This document shows positions 25,005 through 36,014 of a DNA stretch of 41,653 nt, one piece after another (within the stretch, counting starts at the first letter, position 1; each line of letters begins with the position of its first letter). The translations under genes and the position numbers were made by a program. The DNA comes from Octopus sinensis. Its lineage: Eukaryota. The notes beneath the pieces were generated by a model. It ran no database searches and was not told the DNA's origin. It saw only the letters and a list, made by a program, of their open reading frames with translations. The DNA lies in the NCBI RefSeq assembly GCF_006345805.1, contig NW_021835257.1, positions 1-41,653 on the forward strand, written 5' to 3'.

Positions 25005-25367
25005 AAATCTGTTCTGTGTGTGTTCTAGGATCTCGGGCATCCTCCATCTGATTGTGCTCAAATTTGATATGTAGATATCGACGGTATCAGGGCGTGTATA
25101 AGTCTTGAAAACATTACAAAAATCGATTCCAGGTGAGAATGCGATCGATAAAGCCGTGGGAATGTGCATTTGTATGCTCAAGTACATCAGCTGTTGTGAT
25201 CAATACTATGCATATGCGAGAAAAATGCACATGCAGCTTGCACAAAAAAAGCCAGCTGGCTTGAAATAATGCCACAAAATGGGATGGTCAGACAAGTTGT
25301 TTTGAAAAGATTTGGCTTAAATGTTTGACAACTCAGCACCGTTCATCGGACGGGGTGGAGCATTTAG
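24985..25367 (+). mobile_element. possible non-autonomous Helitron
   Basis: 5' tatataaaatctgttctgtgtgtg...ctgattgtgctcaaattt; 3' GC-rich hairpin ccgttcatcggacgg ending about 10 nt before a ttag terminus (canonical CTRR is altered). Confidence 0.45.
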
Positions 25368-26785
25368 CATGTATATATATATATACATTCGTGTGTGTGT
25401 GTGTGTATACACACACACACATATCATCAGCCTCATTTAATCATCATCATTTAACATGTGTGTGTGTGTGTAAGTACATGTATGGATATGAATTTAATTG
25501 ATTTGGATTTTGGGGTTTAAATCATTAGTATGTCATGAGCTCCATTTCCAAACCAGGAAACATTTTGTGTCCTTGAGCAATGCTATTCCTTTTACATTGC
25601 TGCAATCCATGCAACTAAAAAAGAAGGTACCAGTGGCAGTTAATAACTGCAATAAACTGACATCCCATTCACAAGGGAGTTTTGTGTTATCAGACTCATA
25701 AACACTATAGAAACCAAGATAAGATCCAGGTTAAAGTACCTCTGGGCTTAAGACTAACTTTGAGTGTGTGTGCATGTATGTGTGTGTGTCAGGGGGTGCT
25801 TGTATGCGCGCGTGTATGCATGTATGTGTGTGTGTGCGTGTGTGTGTGGAGGGGGTAAATACATTTAAGCAAAAAGAAATTTTATAGACATGATGTAGGT
25901 ATATCAAAGAAGATTAAAAATGTATGCATTTAGTGTATCTCAACACTCAACACTATATATATACACACACACACACACACACATATATACATATATATAC
26001 ATTATTTATATATATATATGTGCGTGTATGATACATGTATAGACATACAAGGTATCATATATGTGTATGTATATATACACACACACACACATACACACAC
26101 ATACATATGTATACACGTGCATCCAGTCAGTGTCTAGATGTAATTATTACAAAACTGTATATTCTCAACAGAATCAAGCTGTTGCGAATAATGCTTTCAT
26201 GCAAGCCCACATCAATCATTTGAGATTGTCTTCATCCTAGCAGATGTGCCGTATGGGCTGGTAATTACACTAAGGTATCAACAAAGAGATGTCAGTTCAA
26301 ATCCCACCGGGTGCTCTAACTTTAATCTTCTTTCATGAAAATGCTTTCTATTTGCATTTTGGGTTTGTTTGAATGGAAACATGGATTTCAAGATGAATCC
26401 CAAGTGTATCAGCAATAAACTTAATTCATGTGAGTTTACACAAGTGTATGTGAATGTGTACACATACTTATATTTGCATGTTTTGTATGTACATGAACAC
26501 ATATATGCACACATATGGCATGTATGTATTCCAGAGATTTCCAGAGAATTATCAATTATGATTATCTCCCCTTTTCATTTGAAATTGGTTGCAATTGCCT
26601 TCAGGCATTTGTTTTACCTTCTCTGAGAGTGAAGATAATCTCAGTACATCAAGAATTTATCTTGTATGATATTTAATATATCTTTATTTCCCTTTGTTCC
26701 CACTGGCCAATTCTGTGTTATTTCCCTTAACTCAATTTTGCTATATATATTTCCATACATACATACATACATATACAAATACACA

Positions 26786-26888
<103 letters not shown>

Positions 26889-27164
26889 ACATATACATGC
26901 ATGTGTGCATATTCATACACGTATTGTGAGTGTCAGATTAACTGCGCATAGCCTAGTTTTGGACAACGTAACAGTGACATTTATCTTTGCTTATATTCCA
27001 TAACCAAGGTTGACATATTAACAGAATGACTACTTTTATATTATCTTTCTGCAATCTGCTTCCAAAATGAACAACTGGGAATTCTTAATAGACACTTCAA
27101 ACATCATCACAAGGGTTTCTTGAGCATATACATTGGCTATAATTATGATAGCTGAAAGAAGGAG

Positions 27165-27780
27165 AAAATTTAGGATCCTAGAGTTTTGTGATGAAAATGA
27201 CTTAACCATTTGTAATACACAAGAAACTGGCTACCATCTGATCTCCAGCCAGTCAGATAAACACACAGGTGGACAAACTTTATTCTCACCAAGGAATGAG
27301 ATAAGCAGACAGTTGTAAATGTTAGGTCATTCCCTGGAGAAGAATGTACCATTCCACAGAGATTAGTGATTAGCGGTCTTAAGAATTAGGTGGACTTGGA
27401 GGCTAAAAGCCAATTTGGAGAAAGGATACATAGAAACTGGTAGCGCTATGAAATAACAGCAGGTTAGAAATGAATTAAGTGGTGCATGTGATGAGGTAGA
27501 GTAGATTTTTTAAAAAAATTATAACATAGAGGACAACAAGAAGCTCTTGTGGGAAAACTTACAGAGAGTGACAGACCAGATCTAGGCTGGTATAAGGTTA
27601 CAGCAAAAGGATGGTGGTGGGATAGTTCTGTAGATAGAACCATAAAGGTTAAGACAATGTCCTGGAAAGACCGGAAGAAGTTGGAGTAGCAAAGAACAAT
27701 ACCAAATAGTAAGAAAAGATAGATATCAGATGTATTTAGCAAAAGGAGGAGCTGAAAGTAAATTAAACAATTCTCTCTTG
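27165..27780 (+). mobile_element. decayed RTE fragment (APE C-terminus/linker)
   Basis: RILEFCDENDLTICNT and FPGEECTIPQRLVIS match the 30340-30560 region of the young RTE. Confidence 0.75.
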
Positions 27781-27789
27781 TCACATCCA

Positions 27790-28140
27790 ATATAAACTGA
27801 CCCTCCACATCAAACACAATTCATACCAGCTGTCCTTATGCACATCTCTTCAGATGGAACATTTTGAAATCTTCAAGTCCCTAGCAATGGCTCTGATTGG
27901 TTTTCTGGGGGGTTTTTTTATCTATATTTCTTGGACTCTTTGTACAAAGTTATGTGTTCTGATTTTATTAGGACCCTATGCATGTGTTTTGCATTTAACT
28001 ACCAACGTTGGGGCTTTGTGATCAGCTTCCAGCTCCTTCTCAGCTTTGAAAACAAAGGATCTGGCACCTTTCAGGAATCAAGCTATCTCTGTATCACTAT
28101 GATGTGCTTTTAAGGCATCAATTTTAGTGAGCCTTTTTAT
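27790..28140 (-). mobile_element. maT-type transposase N-terminal fragment
   Basis: minus strand ALKAHHSDTEIA*FLKGARSFVFKAEKELE and IRAIARDLKISKCSI*RDVHKD align with the 22693 pseudogene. Confidence 0.65.
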
Positions 28141-28676
28141 TTGTTGAGTCAACTTAATAGTTTATTTTATTAAGCTGAAAAGTAATGTGAAAAGAATAAG
28201 TTAGAAGAAAGAGCTGACACACTGTGTGTATATATATATGTGTATGTTTGTGTGAGTGTGTGTTTGTGTGTATGTATGCATGTGTATGTGCGTGTTTGTG
28301 TATGTGTGTGTGTGTGTGTGTATGTATACACACATATATATATATGCCTTCGAAATGCAGAATAGATGAAACAAGGACAACTGAAGAAGGGGAATATTCT
28401 TTATGTTGCATGTCTCGTTTCTCTGGGGTTTTTTTTTGTTGTTTCAAAAAAAGTTGTTTTCTTGTTTTTGTTTCTATGTTTCCGTTTCTCATTGTGTTCT
28501 ACATTTTTTTGATATCCTGTACCCATATATGCATGTATATATAAATATATATGTAAGTATGTATATAAATGTATGTATATATGCATATATTTATATATTA
28601 TTTATATTATTATATGATCAAACACCAGGCATCTTTTTCCAAGTAAGTTTTATCTATCTATCTATCTATCTGTCTA

Positions 28677-28731
<55 letters not shown>

Positions 28732-29115
28732 CTATATATATACATACACATATACAATATATGATGTGTGTGTGTTCCCAATTCAACTTACTTTCTTCTT
28801 CAATTTCAACTCCCGGTCGATGCCCGCAGCAAGTTCTTAAAAATTCATCTTACTATTTTTATTTTTCCATACATAGCGCGACATACATTCATTCATTGTT
28901 ACTACGTTTATTCATACATTGATAACTTGATTCGTCTTACCCATCTCACTCACTACGAAATTTAACCTTTTAGGCTACTTTCAAGCCTTCGCCATAACTT
29001 GATTTATCTTTCCTATCTCTCTCTCTACGAAATTTAACCTTAGGCTACCTCAAGCCGTAATCCCATCTTTCCCCATCTTTCCGCCATCGGCGGTGCGCCC
29101 GCCCCCCCCCCCCCC

Positions 29116-29330
29116 ACCACCAATACCGATGAACACTGTTCTCACCCCCACCACCAATACCGGTGAACACTGTTCTCACCCCCACCACCAATACCGGTGA
29201 ACACTGTTCTCACCGCCACCACCAATACCGGTGAACACTGTTCTCACCCCCACCACCAATACCAGTATACCCTGTTCTCACCATCTACACCGGATACGCC
29301 CTACTCATCTACACCGGATACGCCCTACTC
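29116..29330 (+). repeat. 34-bp minisatellite x5 followed by 24-bp x2
   Basis: accaccaataccggtgaacactgttctcaccccc units start at 29116, 29150, 29184, 29218 and 29252; atctacaccggatacgccctactc at 29283 and 29307. Confidence 0.95.
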
Positions 29331-29858
29331 CCTCCTCCCCCCCACTACCCCTTCTCCTCATATGCTTTCACTGTGAAAAGACAAGCTGCTAGCGCCATAG
29401 CTCATCAACTGCCCACCGATCTTACGCTTCCTCCTGACACTGCCTCAATCCGACCATCCCCTTTTAGTACCCTCCGCCTCGTAATATCCTACGTTTTTAT
29501 TTCTTACGAACCTACACCAACCCTTCCTGCCATCGTTCCTCCTTACCCCAACCTTCCCCACTGGTTGCTCCCCTATATTACCCGCCTCAACTGGACCCCC
29601 CCTCCCCAACTCAACTCTAGAATATATCTGTATTTCTTTCCTCTACCTAATTACGTTACTCAGTGACGATAACGAATTTCCACTGCTAACACCAGCTCCT
29701 GCCCACGGCGTGGTCAGGTTGGAAGAGAGATCAAAAGAAAAATACCACGAAAACTATCACCACCACAACAACCCTCCTCTTCTCAGGCGCCGAATCCCCC
29801 CCGTCCCCCCCACATCTCCTTCCCAGTTTTCAGAGTTGGCACTATCAATGTTGGTACA

Positions 29859-30494
29859 TTGACAGGCAAGTCTAGTGAGATTGTAGAGATGCTAGAGAGA
29901 AGACAGGTTGATGTATGCTGCATACAAGAGGTAAGATGGAGAGATGCTTCGGCTAGGGTCCTCACGGGCAAGGCACTTAGGTACAAACTCTACTGGCAAG
30001 GTAACGCGGAAGGTGTAGGGGGTGTAGGCATTCTCCTTGCGGAGGAATGGGTGGATAAGGTCATAGAGGTTGTCAGGGTTTGTGATAGAGTGCTTAAGCT
30101 CAGGTTGGTCCTACAGAGTGGCACAGCTATGATTATCTCAGCCTATGCCCCACAAGCGAGACTACCAAATGATCAGAAGGACAACTTTTATGATACCCTT
30201 CTGCAGGCTACTTCAAAGACTAGTAACAAGGACCTCATCTTTGTAGGTGGAGATTTTAATGGGCATGTTGGGCGGGAATCGGGTATCTTCACTGGGGTAC
30301 ATGGTGGCTATGGTATTGGCACCAGAAATGATGAGGGAACTAGACTGCTGGAATTCTGTGATGCATGTAACCTTTCAATCTGCAACACTAACTTCAAGAA
30401 GCCAGTCTGCCACCTTATAACTTATCAGTCAGGAGACTCCGCTAGCCAAATAGACTTCATCCTCACCAGACAACGGATGCAGGGTTGCTCTTGA
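29859..30494 (+). CDS. RTE ORF, APE endonuclease part (frame open from 29673)
   Basis: INVGTL, CIQEVRW, SAYAP, GGDFNGHVG and SQIDFILTR motifs. Confidence 0.95.
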   Translation: MTGKSSEIVEMLERRQVDVCCIQEVRWRDASARVLTGKALRYKLYWQGNAEGVGGVGILLAEEWVDKVIEVVRVCDRVLKLRLVLQSGTAMIISAYAPQARLPNDQKDNFYDTLLQATSKTSNKDLIFVGGDFNGHVGRESGIFTGVHGGYGIGTRNDEGTRLLEFCDACNLSICNTNFKKPVCHLITYQSGDSASQIDFILTRQRMQGCS

Positions 30495-32833
30495 ATACAA
30501 AGACCCTCCTGGGTGAAGAATGTATCCCTCAGCATAGACTAATCATCAGTGACTTTAAGCTTGAGGCCAGAAGGACTCCAAGAAACAAACCAATCCAGAA
30601 AAGAAGGATTTGGAGGCTAAAGAACCCTTCGCATGGTCAGAAATTTAGGGACATACTCATCAAGAAATTTGATGAGAGGGAGGAGGAGCTTCAGACGTCA
30701 GACATAGAAGGTAGCTGGGAATTCCTACGGGACAGCTTGTTGAGTGCCACAGACCAAGTCTGTGGATGGTGCAAAGTCCCTTCCAGACCTAGAATTACGT
30801 GGTGGTGGAATAGTGCAGTAGATAAAGCCATCTGTGAAAAGAGACGGGCCTGGAAAGCCTGGAAGGATGGGGGCAGCAGGGAACTGTACCAGATAGCCAA
30901 AAGGGAGGCTGGGCGGCAGGTATACATTGCCAAAGATGTAGCAGAAAAGAAGAAGTTTGCCAATGTCCAGCGTCGCGAGGATCAAAGAGCTGAAGTATTT
31001 CGGATTGCCAGACAGTGTGTCAGAGAAAATAGCGATGTTATAGGAGAGAAATGTGTCCGCATGGATGATGGGGCACTTGCTTTTACTACTAGTGAAAAGA
31101 AAGAGGCTTGGAGAAGCCATTATGAAAGACTGCTGAATGAGGAGAATGAATGGGAGGAGGAGAGCCTGCCAAATGTTGACCCAGTAGAGGGACCAGCTAC
31201 CCGAATAGACAGCTCCCTTGTAGATAAGGCAATTAAGGATATGAAACCAGGCAAAGCCCCTGGCCTATCAGGAATCACTGCTGAGATGCTTAAAACAGCT
31301 GGCTATGTGGGCTATGCCATAGTCACCCGCATTGTAAACCAGGTAGTTCACAATGGAGTCATACCCAATGACTGGTGCAGCAGCACCATAGTCAACTGCT
31401 ACAAGGGTAAGGGTGATGCTCTAGATAGAAATAACTACAGAGGTATCAAACTGTTGGACCAGGTGATGAAGGTCTCAGAGAAGGTCATAACCAATCTCAT
31501 TAGGGAGAGAATTTGTTTAGATGAAATGCAGTTCGGTTTTGTACCAGGTAGAAGCACCACTGATGCTATATTCCTGGTCCGACAACTGCAGGAGAAGTAC
31601 CTAGCTAAAGATAAACCCCTCTACATAGCTTTTGTAGACTTGGAGAAAGCCTTTGACAGGGTTCCCCGTTCCCTTATCTGGTGGTCGATGCGGAAACTGG
31701 AGATTGAAGAATGGCTAATAAGGGCTGTACAGGCTCTATACAGAGAGGCTGTCAGCAAGGTTAGGATTGGCAACGAATATAGTGAAGAATTCCGGGTAGA
31801 AGTAGGTGTGCACCAGGGCTCAGCCCTCAGTCCCCTTTTATTCATCATAGTCCTTCAGGCAATAACAGAGGAATTCAAAACGGGATGCCCCTGGGAGCTC
31901 CTCTATGCCGATGACCAAGCTCTCATAGCAGAATCACTACCGGAACTAGAAGAGAAATTTTGGGTGTGGAAGCAAGGGTTGGAATCAAAGGGCCTTAGAA
32001 TAAATGTAGCAAAGACCAAAGTATTAGTAAGCAGCAAGAGGTACTCAGCACACATCCTCTCGGGTAGGTGGCCCTGCTCAACCTGTAGGAAAGGTACAGG
32101 TAGAAACTCCATAAGATGCACCCAATGTAAGTTATGGACACATAAGAGGTGCAGCAACATTAAAGGGAAATTAACAGATAAGATAGCTTTCATGTGCGGC
32201 AGATGCACAGGGACAATAGACACAACAGACACTCAGAAAACAGATTCCATCACACTCCAGGGAGAGAAACTAGAAGTAGTTGATAGTTTCCGCTACCTGG
32301 GTGACCAAGTTAGTAGCGGAGGTGGATGCACAGAGAGTATCACCACTAGAATACGAATAGCCTGGGCAAAGTTCAGAAAGCTCCTACCCCTACTGGCAAC
32401 AAAAGGTCTCTCCCTCAGAGCAAAAGGTAGATTGTATGATGCATGTGTGCGAACTGCCATGCTTCACGGTAATGAAACTTGGGCTGTGACTGCAGAAGAC
32501 ATGCGTAGACTTGAAAGAAATGAAGCTAGCATGATCCGCTGGATGTGTAGTGTCAGTGTACACGCAAGACAGAGTGTAAGCATCCTGAGAGAAATGCTGG
32601 ATATAAGAAGCATCAGATGTGGTGTGCAAGAGCGACGCTTGCGATGGTATGGTCATGTGCTGCGGATGGATGAAGAGAGATGTGTGAAGAAGTGCCACTC
32701 CCAAACAGTTGAAGGTATCGGGGGAGAGGTAGACCCAGGAAGACATGGGATGAGGTGGTCAAGCATGACCTCAGAGCATTGGGCCTCACTGAGGCAATGG
32801 CGAAGGACCGAGATCTCTGGAGATATGCTGTGA
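30485..32833 (+). CDS. RTE ORF, reverse transcriptase plus PHD-like finger; true C-terminus continues in the 32725-32976 frame
   Basis: KAPG, NYRGIKLL, QFGFVPGRSTTDAIF, FVDLEKAFDRVP, GVHQGSALSPLLF, YADD, FRYLGD. Confidence 0.95.
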   Translation: MLLNTKTLLGEECIPQHRLIISDFKLEARRTPRNKPIQKRRIWRLKNPSHGQKFRDILIKKFDEREEELQTSDIEGSWEFLRDSLLSATDQVCGWCKVPSRPRITWWWNSAVDKAICEKRRAWKAWKDGGSRELYQIAKREAGRQVYIAKDVAEKKKFANVQRREDQRAEVFRIARQCVRENSDVIGEKCVRMDDGALAFTTSEKKEAWRSHYERLLNEENEWEEESLPNVDPVEGPATRIDSSLVDKAIKDMKPGKAPGLSGITAEMLKTAGYVGYAIVTRIVNQVVHNGVIPNDWCSSTIVNCYKGKGDALDRNNYRGIKLLDQVMKVSEKVITNLIRERICLDEMQFGFVPGRSTTDAIFLVRQLQEKYLAKDKPLYIAFVDLEKAFDRVPRSLIWWSMRKLEIEEWLIRAVQALYREAVSKVRIGNEYSEEFRVEVGVHQGSALSPLLFIIVLQAITEEFKTGCPWELLYADDQALIAESLPELEEKFWVWKQGLESKGLRINVAKTKVLVSSKRYSAHILSGRWPCSTCRKGTGRNSIRCTQCKLWTHKRCSNIKGKLTDKIAFMCGRCTGTIDTTDTQKTDSITLQGEKLEVVDSFRYLGDQVSSGGGCTESITTRIRIAWAKFRKLLPLLATKGLSLRAKGRLYDACVRTAMLHGNETWAVTAEDMRRLERNEASMIRWMCSVSVHARQSVSILREMLDIRSIRCGVQERRLRWYGHVLRMDEERCVKKCHSQTVEGIGGEVDPGRHGMRWSSMTSEHWASLRQWRRTEISGDML

Positions 32834-32888
32834 CTACAAAGACCCGGGCTGCTTTCTGCAGCAATTCCACATACCCCCTACCCATTCT

Positions 32889-32955
32889 AAGTACCCCGGA
32901 TCCCCAAAGTACCCTGGATCCCCAAAGTACTCCGATCCCCAAAGTACCCCGGACC
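32889..32955 (+). repeat. 18-bp tandem repeat, about 3.7 copies, at RTE ORF end
   Basis: aagtaccccggatcccca units at 32889, 32907, 32925 and 32942. Confidence 0.9.
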
Positions 32956-33374
32956 TCGTTGCCCCCGTGCCGCTGACACGTTAAAATGCTCGAACCGATC
33001 GTGACCGATGCTGGACCCTCCGGCCCCTGTGCAGGTGGCACGTAAAAAGCACCCAATCCACTCACGGAGTGGTTGGCGTTAGGAAGGGCATCCAGCCGTA
33101 GAAACTCTGCCAGATTCAGACTGGAGCCTGGAGCGGCCCCTGGCTTCCCAGACCCGGTCGAACCGTCCAACCCGTGCTAGCGCGGAAAGCGGACGTTAAA
33201 CGATGATGATGATGATGATGATGATATGTATATATATATATACAAAGTATGGGAGGTTTAGTTCACAGGTGATCTAAATAATTAGGTGCTAGGTAAGTGC
33301 TGTAACAGATCACTAGAGCTCCAAGGTTATAGCCGAGACGGTAATTATGGAGCCATTGCAAATTATATATATAT

Positions 33375-33418
<44 letters not shown>

Positions 33419-33699
33419 CAGAAAGAGAGAGAGAGAGATTATATATTTATTGATGAATACACACACATACCCATGCACACACACTGCATAAACAGATGTC
33501 ATTTAGTCTCACAGTACTCAGTATGCAGTTTCCCTTTAGCATAGTTTTTGGAATTTGCCATTTTTTCCCACTTTACATATTAAATGTAGTAATGCAAAGT
33601 GAACTTTTATATCAAAAACAGAAAAATGGTTTAAAAACATCAAAAATTCAAAATCGTCATCATTATCATCATCATTTTTATGCTGTAATATATTAGGTG

Positions 33700-34420
33700 A
33701 CTGTTTCATAACAACATTATTTATTAATAGGGTTGTTAATCTATGATTGAATAAAAAATACCCTCTCGTTTCATTGGCATGCAAATAAAATATTTGGTTT
33801 TATTAAACTTTGTTCTTGGAGCTGAAATTTATGCAAAAGAAAATGATATTGACTTAAAAATTTTATTACTAATTGATAACATTCCAGCACATCCATGTGA
33901 TTTAGAACACTCGAACATTAAAGTCCTATTCTTAACACCTGATATTACATCATTTATCCAACCATTAAATCAAAGCATAATTTGTAATTTTAAGAGAAAT
34001 TATGTCAAATATCCATATAAAAAATACTGAATGATACGGAAGAAAAGTGCTTAACTGTTTTAAAAGTATGGAAAAATTATAATAATTTCCATTGTGTAGA
34101 GATAATTGCCATGGCAATTCCTGAAATTAAGAAAGTCACCTTAAGTATATGTCAAAAAATCACTTTTATTGGGATTCATTCTGAATAGTAAGAATACAAA
34201 ACAAAAACAAAAAAAAAAGAAATCTAAAATCAAGCATAATTAATATTGTCAATTCAATAAGAGGTGAAGGATTGGATGATTTAGTTGTTAAAGATATTTG
34301 ATGTATATTTTTTTTAGAACAGAAATTGAATGGAGACGATTTAGATGACAGTCACCTTAACTATCAATGATAAAAGTATGTGTGATTTTGATGAACCATT
34401 CTCAGTGATATAATGAAGAT
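33700..34420 (+). pseudogene. pogo/Tigger-type DDE transposase relic
   Basis: ILLLIDNIPAHP...NIKVLFLTPDITSFIQPLNQSIICNFKRNY matches the DDE_1 pattern LLxxDNxxxH...FLPPNTTSxxQPxDQGII. Confidence 0.8.
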
Positions 34421-34512
34421 TGAGGTGATTTTGATAGTGACTTGTGAATATAGATACATACATACACAAACATACACACATACACATAGTTTTATGTAAA
34501 AGGCAACCATAC

Positions 34513-34694
34513 TGGTGACACGTAAAAGGCACCCACTTCACTCTTGGAGCGCTTGGTGTTAGGAAGGGCATCCAGCCATAGAAACCAAGTAAAAATCAGA
34601 CTGGAGCCTGGTACAGCTCTCTGGCTTACCAGTTCTAGTCAAACTGTCAAACTTATGCCAGCACAGAAAATTGACTCTGAACGATGATGATGAT
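34513..34694 (+). mobile_element. isolated RTE 3' tail
   Basis: cacgtaaaaggcaccc...ttaggaagggcatccagcc...aacgatgatgatgat. Confidence 0.85.
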
Positions 34695-34811
34695 ATAAAT
34701 ATATATATAGTGTGACAAGAAATAATTTTCTTTTCTTTTTATGGAACACAAAGAAAGATATATAGGACTGCAAAAACAGAAGTGCTCAAGTGAAATTGAG
34801 ACAGAGACAAA

Positions 34812-35533
34812 GATCATTGATTAGAGAACAAAGATCAAATTTGGGCCAATGGCTTTATATAACCCCACGCTTCTATACATGTCATCATATACAAATAATA
34901 CCATGGCCTTCAGCTTATAGAAGAAATACATATATAAACACCGAAGGTAAAAAATATATTTATGCACATATAAAAATACAAAAATATATAGAAGTACCTG
35001 TCGACTAAAGTAGGTGATAAGAAAGAATTATTAAAACATATCAATCAACTAAAAAATGTTTGCCCATTGATTAAAAATATGTCAAAAATTGTCAGTTCTT
35101 AAAAATAAAGCAATCCATGGTAGGTTTGGTATCCAAGGAGCGTAAGAGAGTTCCAAAGAGGGTTAAGTTAAAATCCACAATCCTCTTTGGAACTCTCTTA
35201 TGCTTCTTGGATACCGACCTACCATTGATTGCTTCATTTTTAAGAACTGAATATTTTGATATACTTTTAATCGATGGGTAAAAGTTTTTAGTCGATTGAT
35301 ATGTTTTAATAATTATTTTTTGTCACCTACCTCAGTTGATTTTTATATATATTTTACCAGACAGGTCCTTCTATATATTTTTGTATTTTTATATGTGCAT
35401 ATATATATTTTTTACCTTTGGTGTATATATATGTATTTCTTTTGTATGCTGAAGGCCATGGTATTATTTGTATATGATAAAATGTATTGAAGTCATTGGC
35501 CAAAATTTGATGTTTGTTCTCTAATCAATGATC
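34812..35533. mobile_element. large fold-back element (~350-bp arms, ~15-20-nt loop)
   Basis: gatcattgattagagaacaaa at the left end versus tttgttctctaatcaatgatc at the right end; centre ccaaagagg / cctctttgg. Confidence 0.9.
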
Positions 35534-35639
35534 ATATATCTATGTATATATATATATTATGAATATCAGTTGCAAGAGTACCAGTATTGTTTAGGTTTTT
35601 GAGATTAATTAATTACAATTTTTGATGTAACAGAGACAA

Positions 35640-35950
35640 AATGGAAAAGGTGTTACCCTAGAGGATGGTAAGAGATATGTGCTGGGACAGCCACTCTGAC
35701 TCATGGGGTTCACACTTGTGGATAGACATTTCTGCCCTGATAGTAGTGAGCAGGGATATGATCCAAGGTCTGAGAATGCCCGAGGTCTTCACTGTCACAG
35801 GCTCAAACGATTACAGCAAAAATTATAGATAATGAACAACAAATGTAACTGGTCCTTATGGTATCTTGTCATCAAGGATTAGTACCAACTTAGTAGAATC
35901 CCACCTTCCATCCACTTCTCAGGAATGATGCTCTGTAAGAAGTACTCCCT
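35640..35950 (-). mobile_element. CRE-clade non-LTR retrotransposon C-terminal relic
   Basis: minus strand FEPVTVKTSGILRP...EPHESEWLSQHISLTIL*GNTFS resembles the CRE restriction-like endonuclease tail FxPxAVETxG...EPRxxxWLxQRISxAIQRGNA. Confidence 0.55.
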
Positions 35951-36014
35951 CAGAGGAAGCCTCCAAATTTACAACCCAGTTTGTATCCTATTCCATGTTT
36001 TACATACAAGAAGG

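Larger units (their letters stand above)
28775..33225 (+). mobile_element. full-length RTE-clade LINE
   Basis: pyrimidine-rich leader, APE-RT ORF, 3' UTR stem-loop and (GAT)n tail; 5' boundary approximate; no TSD found. Confidence 0.95.

Noticed and set aside
28345-28400. Type II hammerhead-like order ccttc-GAAA...CTGAAGA-agg
   Set aside because: Stem I cannot be paired and stem II overlaps the core; at best a heavily decayed relic
29116-29282. CRISPR-like array of 34-bp partly palindromic repeats
   Set aside because: Units are contiguous with no unique spacers, there are no cas genes, the context is eukaryotic, and it lies in a LINE leader; it is a minisatellite
30691-33170. Minus-strand and alternate-frame ORFs overlapping the RTE
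   Set aside because: Shadow ORFs of the RT coding sequence
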